Under the pieces are notes generated by a model. It saw nothing but the letters and a program-made list of their open reading frames with translations, did no database searches and was not told the DNA's origin. Made by a program: the position numbers and the translations under genes. From Cellvibrionales bacterium (lineage in GTDB: Bacteria; Pseudomonadota; Gammaproteobacteria; Pseudomonadales; UBA7434), in NCBI GenBank assembly GCA_002726445.1, contig PBSZ01000062.1, positions 1-40,859 on the forward strand: 40,859 bases of DNA, given 5' to 3'. Numbering within the stretch: the first letter of the stretch is position 1; the number at the start of each line of letters is the position of its first letter. Positions 8,984-17,715 of this stretch are shown piece after piece.

Positions 8984-10033
8984 ATGCCGTTATCGAACCC
9001 TCAAAGATTTAATCTAATAACTGCAATTTCACCCATTATTATCACCCTACTCCTTTGCTTCACTCAGATGGCAAATGCATCCACTGATCATGCCACTCAT
9101 CACGCCAATCATCATGCGAATCAACATGCGCCGATCGGCGTTATGGGCGATCATATGCATAAGCGAGGTGAATGGATGTTTTCTTACCGTCGCATGACCA
9201 TGACAATGGAAGATAATCTTCAACGAGACCAAGCGATCAGTGCAAATGATATTTTACAGGAATATAACATGGCTCCTTTGAAGATGAATACAACAATGGA
9301 CATGTTGGGCGCCATGTATGCACCTTCTGACAAACTTACATTAATGCTCATGGTCAATTACTTAGAAAAAGAAATGGATTCAACCATGGATATGGGTATG
9401 GGTATGTTGATGCCTATGAATACCAAAAGCTCGGGGTGGGGAGATACCAAAATATCAGCCCTACTCAGCCTGCACAATGGTAACTCTCATGGATTGCACG
9501 TAAATCTAGGCGCCAGCATACCTACAGGCAGTACCACTAAATCGAATAATATGGGCAAGAGGTTAGCCTATCCCATGCAACTGGGCTCTGGCACTTATGA
9601 CCTTGAACCGGGCATTACTTATAATGGGAAAAATGATTTCCTCAAATGGGGCGGTCAAATTAAAGGAGTGTTTCACTTAAGTGACAATGACGAAGGTTAT
9701 ACACTCGGTGACCAAGTGACCGCCAGTTCGTGGGCCAGTTACCGCGTCAACCCATGGCTAGCCACGGCGATTCGTTTAACTTATACCTATACCAAAAATA
9801 TTGACGGAACAGACGGTTCAATCGACGCAAACATGTCTCCCCCAGCTAGACGAAATAACTATGGAGGCGATCGGTTTGATGTTTCTATTGGCATCACTTT
9901 GTTAGGCACAAAGCCTGAACATCGCGGTCACCAAATTGGCATTGAATACACGACTACCATTGATCAAGAAGCCAATGGTATTCAAATGGAAATGCAAGAC
10001 ATGCTCAATATTGGCTATCAATACGCGCTGTAA
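8984..10033 (+). CDS. outer-membrane beta-barrel transporter-family protein (MetA-pathway/PF13557-like) with His-rich N-terminus and Met-rich loop
   Basis: 349 aa. Signal peptide ending MANA, then STDHATHHANHHANQH, then the family-typical GVMGDHMHKRGEWMFSYRRM. Alternating beta-strand pattern through to the C-terminus. Met cluster MDSTMDMGMGMLMPM. Confidence 0.65.
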   Translation: MPLSNPQRFNLITAISPIIITLLLCFTQMANASTDHATHHANHHANQHAPIGVMGDHMHKRGEWMFSYRRMTMTMEDNLQRDQAISANDILQEYNMAPLKMNTTMDMLGAMYAPSDKLTLMLMVNYLEKEMDSTMDMGMGMLMPMNTKSSGWGDTKISALLSLHNGNSHGLHVNLGASIPTGSTTKSNNMGKRLAYPMQLGSGTYDLEPGITYNGKNDFLKWGGQIKGVFHLSDNDEGYTLGDQVTASSWASYRVNPWLATAIRLTYTYTKNIDGTDGSIDANMSPPARRNNYGGDRFDVSIGITLLGTKPEHRGHQIGIEYTTTIDQEANGIQMEMQDMLNIGYQYAL

Positions 10034-10074
10034 CCACCACTTCAATGCATTGCCTCTTAGATTTTCAACGGCAT

Positions 10075-10115
10075 AAAAAAAGCCGGCCGTCGCACTCGAT
10101 GACAGCCGGCTTTTT
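10075..10115. terminator. bidirectional rho-independent terminator
   Basis: AAAAAA-GCCGGC-17-nt loop-GCCGGC-TTTTT between convergent genes (8984..10033 + and 10146..10511 -). Confidence 0.6.
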
Positions 10116-10145
10116 GGAAGCCTAAAACTTGTGGAAATTAACCGC

Positions 10146-10511
10146 TTATAATAAAGGGGTTGCACTCAAATACATTAATGCAATTGAGCCATCTAAAATA
10201 ATCGGCGCAATCGATTCTTTTATTGTGCTGCCATCAACCGCCATAGAATAAAATCGCGCCAAAGCAACCACCGACCACGCCATACCAATGGTGGTATAAA
10301 CCATAGGGTCAGCATAGATAAATGCAGCCGCCGCACTGCCGATGTTTAAGCCACCAAATACACCGCGGACTTCTGACAAAGCCATGTTATTGGTCATATT
10401 AATACCACAAGAGTCCATAATAATTTGCGGCTTAAAAAAACAAATCAAACCAATTAACATCACAATACCACTGGCTATATTCGGTAAAAAAGCAATTATC
10501 GCGTCCATCAT
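10146..10511 (-). CDS. small integral membrane protein (possibly DUF4345)
   Basis: 121 aa with about four hydrophobic segments. The family call is from memory only and is weak. Confidence 0.4.
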   Translation of the reverse strand: MMDAIIAFLPNIASGIVMLIGLICFFKPQIIMDSCGINMTNNMALSEVRGVFGGLNIGSAAAAFIYADPMVYTTIGMAWSVVALARFYSMAVDGSTIKESIAPIILDGSIALMYLSATPLL

Positions 10512-10644
10512 ATACCTCTACTTGTTGATTTTATCGATTAAGCCATAGTGAAGCTGGCCAATGAATTTGAATACTCAAGCGCAATTCTAGCCGCGAACAG
10601 CCCGCTCGGTCATTGCTATCTATTAATCATAAACAATCAGCCAT

Positions 10645-10674
10645 TAAAAAAGCGACGCAAGCGTCGCTTTTTTA
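10645..10674 (-). terminator. rho-independent terminator of the rpsP-rimM-trmD-rplS operon
   Basis: AAAAAA-GCGACG-caag-CGTCGC-TTTTTT, 17 nt downstream of the rplS stop. It is symmetric, so it is functional on the minus strand. Confidence 0.8.
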
Positions 10675-10690
10675 AAACATGACAAGATCA

Positions 10691-11050
10691 TTACGAAAGC
10701 TTTTCTTTAATTCGAGCGGCTTTGCCTGACAATTCACGCAAATAATAAAGTTTGGCGCGACGCACAGCACCACGACGCTTAACGTCAATGCTGTCAACTA
10801 ATGCACTGTAGGTCTGAAAAGTTCGCTCAACACCGACACCGTGTGAGATTTTACGAACAGTAAAGGCCGAACTGATACCCCGATTACGTTTAGCAATCAC
10901 CACACCTTCAAAAGCCTGCAGACGCTCACGCTCACCGTCCTTAACTTTAACTTGAACGACAACTGTATCACCGGGAGAAAAATCAGGGATCGATTTTGCT
11001 GAGGTTTGTTCAGCGTCAATTTCCTGAATCAATTTATTTCTGTTGCTCAT
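10691..11050 (-). CDS. rplS: 50S ribosomal protein L19
   Basis: 119 aa. ...[35 protein letters not shown]... is canonical L19. Confidence 0.97.
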   Translation of the reverse strand: MSNRNKLIQEIDAEQTSAKSIPDFSPGDTVVVQVKVKDGERERLQAFEGVVIAKRNRGISSAFTVRKISHGVGVERTFQTYSALVDSIDVKRRGAVRRAKLYYLRELSGKAARIKEKLS

Positions 11051-11132
11051 AACTTACTCCTAATAACATTGTTACGCTTGGCGACGGACAATGAATAAAC
11101 GTCTAACATAATTTTCAAATTGCTAATTAATA

Positions 11133-11867
11133 TTAATCATCTAACAATTTGCACTCTTCATCACTTAACTGCAATTGGGCAAATAAATCTGGCCTGCGAT
11201 CACGCGTTCTTATTAGCGACTGTCTTAAGCGCCAACGCCTTATCGCTTCATGGTCACCACTCAACAATACCGAGGGGACAACGCGACCAGCGACATCTTC
11301 TGGCCTCGAATAATGCGGACAATCCAACAAGGGACGACTCGCAAAAGAATCTTGACTGGCCGAATCACTGTCACCTAAGGCATCGGGTAATTGGCGAATC
11401 ATGGCATCTAACAAGACCATAGCAGCAAGCTCACCGCCACTAATCACATAATCGCCAAGTGATAATTCCTTATCAACTTCGGCATCTATTAAGCGCTCAT
11501 CAATACCTTCGTAACGACCGCAAAGTACAATTAAACTGTCTTGATGGTCCAGCTCATTTATCACCTGCTGATCTAACCGCTTACCTTGAGGCGACATATA
11601 GACCACTTTGGGTGATGGCTTGCCTGGCGCATCCATTTTCAATTTCGCGGAGCCTATCGCCTTACTCAACGGCGCTACAGTCATCACCATACCTGGGCCA
11701 CCCCCGTAAGGGCGATCATCAACGCTATTATGTCGATCCTCAGTAAAATCTCGAGGATTAACCGTCGCTAATGTCAGCAGACCTTGCTCTATCGCTCTGC
11801 CTGTAATACCTGAATCAGATAAGGCATCAAACATCTCGGGAAATAGCGTAATGACACTCACCTGCAC
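11133..11867 (-). CDS. trmD: tRNA (guanine37-N1)-methyltransferase
   Basis: 244 aa. [42 protein letters not shown]. Confidence 0.96.
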   Translation of the reverse strand: MQVSVITLFPEMFDALSDSGITGRAIEQGLLTLATVNPRDFTEDRHNSVDDRPYGGGPGMVMTVAPLSKAIGSAKLKMDAPGKPSPKVVYMSPQGKRLDQQVINELDHQDSLIVLCGRYEGIDERLIDAEVDKELSLGDYVISGGELAAMVLLDAMIRQLPDALGDSDSASQDSFASRPLLDCPHYSRPEDVAGRVVPSVLLSGDHEAIRRWRLRQSLIRTRDRRPDLFAQLQLSDEECKLLDD

Positions 11868-11891
11868 AACGCGGCTCCCTTAAAAAACGAG

Positions 11892-12437
11892 TTATTCGTC
11901 AACTTGCCAATCAACTACCATCGTACCTGCATCAATATCAATCGACTTAACAACATCACCCGGCAAGTAGGGAATTAAAATTTCCTGATCGTCGTTACCA
12001 GCCGCGTTGTTTTTAGACTTAATCACCAATACATCGTTGGCGCCGGTCTCTAACAAATAATCTATTTGGCCTAACAAAACTGAAGGCTCACCATACTGAT
12101 CTTGCAAATAAACAGCTAAGCCCTGCAGTTGGTGCCAATAATACTCCCCATCCTCTAGATCGGGCATTTGCTCAACGTCTATTTTGATCTGCCAACGGGT
12201 ATACTCTTTGGCCTGATCTCGATCATCCACTGACTCGATGTGAACAATTAAACCCTCACCGTGTCGTTTTGCCGCGTCAATATTGACGGTTTGCAGTTGG
12301 CCATTTTTCTCTAGCCAAATGCGCTTATACGATAATAAATTTTCTATCGGGTCTGTATAGGAATGGACTTTTAGCCATCCTTTCACGCCAAAAACGGCGC
12401 TAATTTGACCCACAGTGACTAAATTCTGCTCTAACAT
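11892..12437 (-). CDS. rimM: ribosome maturation factor RimM
   Basis: 181 aa. VGQISAVFGVKGWLKV and a PRC-barrel C-terminus. Conserved position between rpsP and trmD. Confidence 0.93.
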   Translation of the reverse strand: MLEQNLVTVGQISAVFGVKGWLKVHSYTDPIENLLSYKRIWLEKNGQLQTVNIDAAKRHGEGLIVHIESVDDRDQAKEYTRWQIKIDVEQMPDLEDGEYYWHQLQGLAVYLQDQYGEPSVLLGQIDYLLETGANDVLVIKSKNNAAGNDDQEILIPYLPGDVVKSIDIDAGTMVVDWQVDE

Positions 12438-12501
12438 ACTCAGACACCAGACCGATCAACTGAGCTTGTCAAAGCTAAGCTCATCAACCCGCTTATCGAA
12501 A

Positions 12502-12750
12502 CTAAGCCGCTGCTCTTGCTTGTTTCGCTAATGCTGAAACTCGATCAGACAATTGAGCACCTAGGCCCACCCAATGATCGATCCTATCAAGTTGAATACG
12601 CAGACGCTCTTCTTGACCACGGGCAATAGGATTGAAAAAACCAATCTGCTCGATAAAACGGCCATCTCTCGCTCTGCGGCTATCCGCAACAACGACATGA
12701 TAAAAAGGACGCTTCTTAGATCCGCCTCTTGATAATCGAATAGTTACCAT
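12502..12750 (-). CDS. rpsP: 30S ribosomal protein S16
   Basis: [25 protein letters not shown]... is the universal S16 N-terminus. I therefore place the start at 12750 rather than the ORF-track start at 12780. Confidence 0.95.
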   Translation of the reverse strand: MVTIRLSRGGSKKRPFYHVVVADSRRARDGRFIEQIGFFNPIARGQEERLRIQLDRIDHWVGLGAQLSDRVSALAKQARAAA

Positions 12751-13250
12751 TGTTTGTTTCCCAGTAATGTCTTTTGTCAAAAAATACTCGTTTTGCTTGC
12801 CACCTTAACCCTTCAAAGCAGTCAATTGAAACAACCACTTGCGGCGAAATCAACCGATTCCACACCGAAAAATTGAGCTAGGGGCGAAAAGGCGCGAATT
12901 ATACGGCATTGCTAGACAATTGAACACCTCCAATTGCAAACTTAGAATAAGTACTAATTACGCACTGCTAAAGGATAAAAAGATAATTAATTCAATAGTT
13001 TATATTAATTATGGCTTATCGGCCTGGCTAATTGATCATTTCATTAGGCCATTTTATCTTAGCGGCCACACTTTATCTCCTTTTTAGCCATGCTAAAATA
13101 TGCGCAATAGCAGTAATTGCGCGACTTTTACGAAACCGCGTTAAAGACTCTTCATCCAGATTTCAATCAGTACTGCTAGAATCCATGTGTCTAGTAAGAA
13201 AGCCTATGCAGCGAATCTCACAACCCATTTAATTAATTAACGGAACCCCT

Positions 13251-14726
13251 ATGAACAAAAAAGCTTCAGCCGATAAACCAGCCGCCTTCGAATCTATTTC
13301 ACAGTGGTATATGGAGACCGATGTGGTGATTGTCGGCGGCGGCGGCGCAGGAATATCAGCCGCTATTGAAGCAGCCGACGCTGGCGCTAAGGTGATCGTG
13401 CTAGAAGCGGCCAGTGATGCGGGTGGTTCTACCGCACTCGCTGGTGGCTTAATCTACATGGGTGGCGGCACACCCACCCAAATCGCCTGCGGCTTTGAAG
13501 ATGATACCGAAGAAATGTTTAAGCATTTGATGATGGCATCAGGACCTAATGCTGACGAAGACAAAGTGCGCCTGTACTGCGATGAATCCCTTAATCACTA
13601 TGACTGGCTTATCGAACAAGGAGTGGTATTTAAACCCGAGTACTACCCACATAAGCACACGAACACCCCTAATGAAGCTGCATTAATGACTACGGGCAAC
13701 GAAGAGGCTTGGCCTTTTATTGAGCATTCAAAACCCGCGCCTCGTGGCCATAAACCACAAATTGAAGGTGATCATGGTGGCATCCCATTAATGGAAAAAC
13801 TTATTGCTTCAGCCCAATCAAAAGGGGTTAACATTATCTGTGATGCCAGGGCATTAACAGCCATTGCCGACCATGAAGGGACGGTTAAAGGCATTGTGGT
13901 GCGTATTGATGGCCAGGAACAATGCATTCACGCTAAGCGTGGCGTGGTGCTCACCAGCGGCGGCTTTATCATGAACACGGATATGGTCAAAGAATACGCC
14001 CCTCGACTGGCACGCGGCAACTACCCCAATGGCAACCCCAATGATACTGGTGGTGGTATTCGAATAGGTATCGGCGCAGGGGGTAATGCCATCAATATGC
14101 ACGAAGGTTTCACCTGCACACCGCACTATCCGCCAAGGCAATTTTTAGAAGCAATTATTGTTGACGAAACAGGGCAACGCTTTATTAATGAAGATGTTTA
14201 TCACGGACGATTAGGCAGTGCTATTTTAGATCGCCCCGATCGACGTTACTACTTAATCATCGATAGCCGACATTTTGAAATCCTTGAGCGTCCGCCTAAG
14301 GGTGGTTACAGCGTCGCAGGTGTCGGTGATACTGCGGAAGAATTAGAGCAAGAAATCAACTTGCCCGAAGGCACCTTAGTCAACACCTTGAATACCTATA
14401 ATCGTTTTGCTGCTGAAGGCAAAGACCCGGTTTTCCATAAGGCCGAAAAATACCTAAGTGGCTTAGACCAACCGCCCTATGCAGCCTTTGACCTAACCAT
14501 TGGAAACGGCGCCTTCTACGCGGTAATGACCTTTGGCGGATTAGATACTTTACCCACGGGTGAAGTATTAACAGTTGAAAAACAGGTCGTCAAAGGTCTC
14601 TATTCAGCTGGTAGAAACAGCGCCGGATTACCTCGCTGTGCCGATGGCTATGCCAGTGGCATGAGCATCGGCGATGCGACCTTCTTTGGGCGATTAGCAG
14701 GTCAATCGGCTGCAGCGAATCAGTAA
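13251..14726 (+). CDS. FAD-binding dehydrogenase of the fumarate reductase / 3-ketosteroid-delta1-dehydrogenase (KstD) flavoprotein family
   Basis: 491 aa. Dinucleotide fold DVVIVGGGGAGISAAIEAADAGAKVIVLE, GGSTALAGG, a mid-protein VVLTSGGF, and a C-terminal GLYSAGRN...G motif typical of this FAD_binding_2 family. Confidence 0.75.
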   Translation: MNKKASADKPAAFESISQWYMETDVVIVGGGGAGISAAIEAADAGAKVIVLEAASDAGGSTALAGGLIYMGGGTPTQIACGFEDDTEEMFKHLMMASGPNADEDKVRLYCDESLNHYDWLIEQGVVFKPEYYPHKHTNTPNEAALMTTGNEEAWPFIEHSKPAPRGHKPQIEGDHGGIPLMEKLIASAQSKGVNIICDARALTAIADHEGTVKGIVVRIDGQEQCIHAKRGVVLTSGGFIMNTDMVKEYAPRLARGNYPNGNPNDTGGGIRIGIGAGGNAINMHEGFTCTPHYPPRQFLEAIIVDETGQRFINEDVYHGRLGSAILDRPDRRYYLIIDSRHFEILERPPKGGYSVAGVGDTAEELEQEINLPEGTLVNTLNTYNRFAAEGKDPVFHKAEKYLSGLDQPPYAAFDLTIGNGAFYAVMTFGGLDTLPTGEVLTVEKQVVKGLYSAGRNSAGLPRCADGYASGMSIGDATFFGRLAGQSAAANQ

Positions 14727-14811
14727 ATATTCAACCATTAAGGCGTTAAAATGAGCGTTAATAGTTAAACGAGCCTAGCTAACAATAACCACGCGCGCTT
14801 CGGAGGTTTTA

Positions 14812-16044
14812 ATGACATCACCTTTTGACAGCATCACCATTGGGCCACTGACACTGCGTAATCGGTTCATTAAATCCGGCGCCAATGAGGCTATGTCACG
14901 CGACGGTGTGCCGACCAAGGCCATGTTAAAGCATCATGGTGATCTTGCCCGCGGCGGCATCGGCATGACGACTGTCGCCTATGGCGCAGTGAGTGAGGTC
15001 GGCCGAACGCTGGCCAATCAAATCGTGATGAGCGAATCATCGCTAAAAGATTTAACCGCCCTCACGCAAGAAATCCATCAGCACGGCGCTGCTGCTTCAA
15101 TTCAAATCACCCATGGCGGTTCATTTGTCACTGGTTTAAAAGTCAAAGGCGCGACTATTAGTTCAAGCTCAGGCATCAATAAAGCGGGCTTACTCAGCGG
15201 TAACTTTTGGCAGCGTGCCATGAAAGAAAGTGATATGCAGGCGGTCATCGATGCCTTTGTGAATGCCGCTCACATTGCGCGGCGGGCTAATTTTGATGCT
15301 GTTGAAATTCATATGGGCCATGGCTATTTGCTGAATCAGTTTATTTCACCACTTAGCAATAAACGACGCGACCAATACGGTGGCAATGCTGAAAATCGTG
15401 CGCGCTTTCCCGCTCGCGTATTGGCTGCCGTCAAACAAGCGGTGGGCAAAGACTTAGCCGTTCTTGCTAAAATCAATGTCGCCGACGGCGTTCGCGGAGG
15501 CGCAACAGCAACTGATGGCGCTATCACTGCACAAATTCTTGAGCAAGCCGGCGCCGATATGCTGGTGCTGTCAGGCGGCCGAAACATGGAATCGACTTGG
15601 TTTATGTTTGGTAGCCCCATCAACCAAAAAGCCATCGCCGAGGTGTTAGCAAACCCCATTTCACGCCTACTGATGAAAGCCGCCGCACTCTCGACACCGA
15701 AAGACTTAACCTTTAAAGAAATGTACTTTCACCAATACTCTATGCAAATTCGCCAAGCGGTAACTCTGCCTTTAGCTTATTTGGGCGGGGTAAAATCATT
15801 GGCGAATGCTGAAAAGGCGATAGCTGATGGCTTTGAATGCGTCGTCATGGCAAGAGCATTGCTGCACGATACTGCATTAGTTAATAAATTCAAATCAGGT
15901 GAGATAACCCAGTCGGGCTGTGACAACTGCAATGCTTGTGTGGCTTATATTTATCACCAAGCAGGCACTTGGTGCATTAAAACACCGGTCAATGATCCGT
16001 CGATTAATGAGATCCCTGCCAGCCAATGTATGTCGGCAAAATAA
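14812..16044 (+). CDS. NADH:flavin oxidoreductase, Old Yellow Enzyme TIM-barrel family, with C-terminal CxxCxxC-x11-C motif
   Basis: 410 aa. OYE core VEIHMGHGYLLNQFISPLSNKRRDQYGG...NRARF. Cys370/373/376/388 (nt 15919-15975). The protein ends about 22 aa after the last Cys. Confidence 0.75.
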   Translation: MTSPFDSITIGPLTLRNRFIKSGANEAMSRDGVPTKAMLKHHGDLARGGIGMTTVAYGAVSEVGRTLANQIVMSESSLKDLTALTQEIHQHGAAASIQITHGGSFVTGLKVKGATISSSSGINKAGLLSGNFWQRAMKESDMQAVIDAFVNAAHIARRANFDAVEIHMGHGYLLNQFISPLSNKRRDQYGGNAENRARFPARVLAAVKQAVGKDLAVLAKINVADGVRGGATATDGAITAQILEQAGADMLVLSGGRNMESTWFMFGSPINQKAIAEVLANPISRLLMKAAALSTPKDLTFKEMYFHQYSMQIRQAVTLPLAYLGGVKSLANAEKAIADGFECVVMARALLHDTALVNKFKSGEITQSGCDNCNACVAYIYHQAGTWCIKTPVNDPSINEIPASQCMSAK

Positions 16045-16050
16045 AAATAA

Positions 16051-17442
16051 TTACTTAAATTTAGGTGGTAACCCTGGCATTCCGCCCATACCAGGCAGGC
16101 CGCCGCTCGCACCACCGAGACCGCGCATCATATTTGCCATGCCACCGCCTTTCATTTTTTTCATCATTTTTTGCATTTGCTTATGCTGCTTGAGCAAGCG
16201 ATTTAAATCTTGTAACTGAGTCCCTGAACCTTGGGTGATACGACGTTTGCGCGAGCCATTCAAAATATCTGGACTGCGTCGTTCTTTCGGCGTCATCGAA
16301 TTAATAATTGCTTCCATTTGGCCAAACTGTTTGGTTGCTGCCTGTTGCTCCGCGGCTTGCGCTAAACCCGACATGCCCGGCATTTTATCGAGCATGCTGC
16401 CGACGCCACCCATGTTATTCATCTGCTGCAACTGATCGCGAAAGTCAGCCAAATCAAAACCTTTACCGCGCTTAATCTTTTTCGCTAATCGGTTCGCTTT
16501 ACGCTTATCAATTTTTTGCTCGGCCTCTTCGATCAGCGACATAATATCGCCCATGCCTAAGATTCGCGAGGCCAATCGATCAGGATAGAACGGCTCTAAA
16601 GCAGTAGTTTTTTCGCCTACACCCAAAAACTTAATCGGTTTACCCGTAATCGAGGCCACCGACAGTGCCGCACCCCCTCGGGTATCGGCATCAATCTTGG
16701 TCAGAACCACACCGGTTAAGGGTAATTGCTGGTTAAAGGCTTGCGCGGTATTCGCTGCATCTTGCCCCGTCATTGCATCGACCACAAACAGTGTTTCAGC
16801 GGGTTTTAACGCCGCATGAAGACGACTAATTTCATTCATCATGTCGGAATCAATAGCCAATCGACCCGCCGTATCAACAATTAATACCTCTGTGATATTT
16901 CGCTTTGCTGCGGCCAGTGCCTGCTCAACAATCGCCAATGGCTTTTGATCGCTATCGCTTGGATGAAAATCAACACCCACTTCCTCAGCCAGCGTTGCTA
17001 ATTGCTGTATTGCAGCGGGACGATAAACGTCGGCACTGACCACCATAACGCTCTTTTTCTGAGTTTCTTTTAAGTAGCGCGCTAACTTAGCCACCGAGGT
17101 TGTTTTACCGGCGCCTTGTAAGCCCGCCATCAAAATAATAGCTGGCGGCGCAACTGCAATTGAGAGACCTTGATTAGCTTCACCCAAAGTGACTTCAAGC
17201 TCAGCCTGAACAATCTTTAAAAACGCCTGACCAGGCGATAAGCTTCGGCTGACTTCACTGCCTAAAGCACGCGTCCTTACTCGTTCAATGAAGTCTTTCA
17301 CTACTGGCAATGCTACATCAGCCTCAAGCAAAGCCTTGCGCACATCGCGCAGTGCATCTTTAATATTGTCTTCGCTTAGGCGGGCTTGGCCGCTGACTTG
17401 GCGGAGAGACTGGGACAATCGTTCGCTGAGATTCTCAAACAT
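16051..17442 (-). CDS. ffh: signal recognition particle protein Ffh
   Basis: MFENLSERLSQSLRQVSG is the conserved Ffh N-terminus, so I place the start at 17442 and not at the ORF-track 17550. GTPase motifs GLQGAGKTT, DTAGR, TKIDAD. Met/Gly-rich M-domain tail. Confidence 0.95.
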   Translation of the reverse strand: MFENLSERLSQSLRQVSGQARLSEDNIKDALRDVRKALLEADVALPVVKDFIERVRTRALGSEVSRSLSPGQAFLKIVQAELEVTLGEANQGLSIAVAPPAIILMAGLQGAGKTTSVAKLARYLKETQKKSVMVVSADVYRPAAIQQLATLAEEVGVDFHPSDSDQKPLAIVEQALAAAKRNITEVLIVDTAGRLAIDSDMMNEISRLHAALKPAETLFVVDAMTGQDAANTAQAFNQQLPLTGVVLTKIDADTRGGAALSVASITGKPIKFLGVGEKTTALEPFYPDRLASRILGMGDIMSLIEEAEQKIDKRKANRLAKKIKRGKGFDLADFRDQLQQMNNMGGVGSMLDKMPGMSGLAQAAEQQAATKQFGQMEAIINSMTPKERRSPDILNGSRKRRITQGSGTQLQDLNRLLKQHKQMQKMMKKMKGGGMANMMRGLGGASGGLPGMGGMPGLPPKFK

Positions 17443-17603
17443 ATTAGAGGTATGTGCTTCCGTTGATAAGAAAAATTCAAGTATACCCGAGACATGAAAA
17501 TCACCCAAGTCTGTCATTCCTGACTCATCAAAGCCGTCAAAAGCCGACAATTAATCCAATCGTCCTAGGTAGCTTGGAAGTCTGCGGTTTTAAATGAGAA
17601 TGC

Positions 17604-17632
17604 TTGTCATTTGCATTATTTTAAGCTATAAT
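17604..17632 (+). promoter_or_regulatory. sigma70-type promoter of the small-ORF/sodN/sodX unit
   Basis: TTGTCA (17604-17609), a 17-nt spacer, then TATAAT (17627-17632). It lies about 85 nt upstream of the first ATG of the unit. Confidence 0.55.
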
Positions 17633-17715
17633 CGTTGACAATAGGCTAGCCAATACACAGCCAACCGATATATCTATGACTGATGCGTGAGATGCCCTCA
17701 CACCTGGAGATTGTT

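Noticed and set aside
12960-13010. AT-rich TATATTAATTATGG segment, considered as a dif (XerCD) site because xerD is in the window
   Set aside because: It does not match the gammaproteobacterial dif consensus arms (GGTGCGCATAA / TTATGTTAAAT). xerD is not normally linked to dif.
12839-13232. Two overlapping ORFs (82 aa and 66 aa) in the AT-rich spacer between rpsP and the FAD dehydrogenase
   Set aside because: They have low-complexity, AT-driven codon content (Ile/Asn/Lys/Leu-rich). They have no RBS and no motifs, and they overlap each other out of frame. I treat this stretch as a non-coding promoter/spacer region.
17443-17550. 36-aa N-terminal extension of Ffh in the ORF track
   Set aside because: Ffh orthologues begin MFENL..., which is present at 17442. 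The extension is acidic, unconserved-looking sequence that lies in the divergent promoter region.
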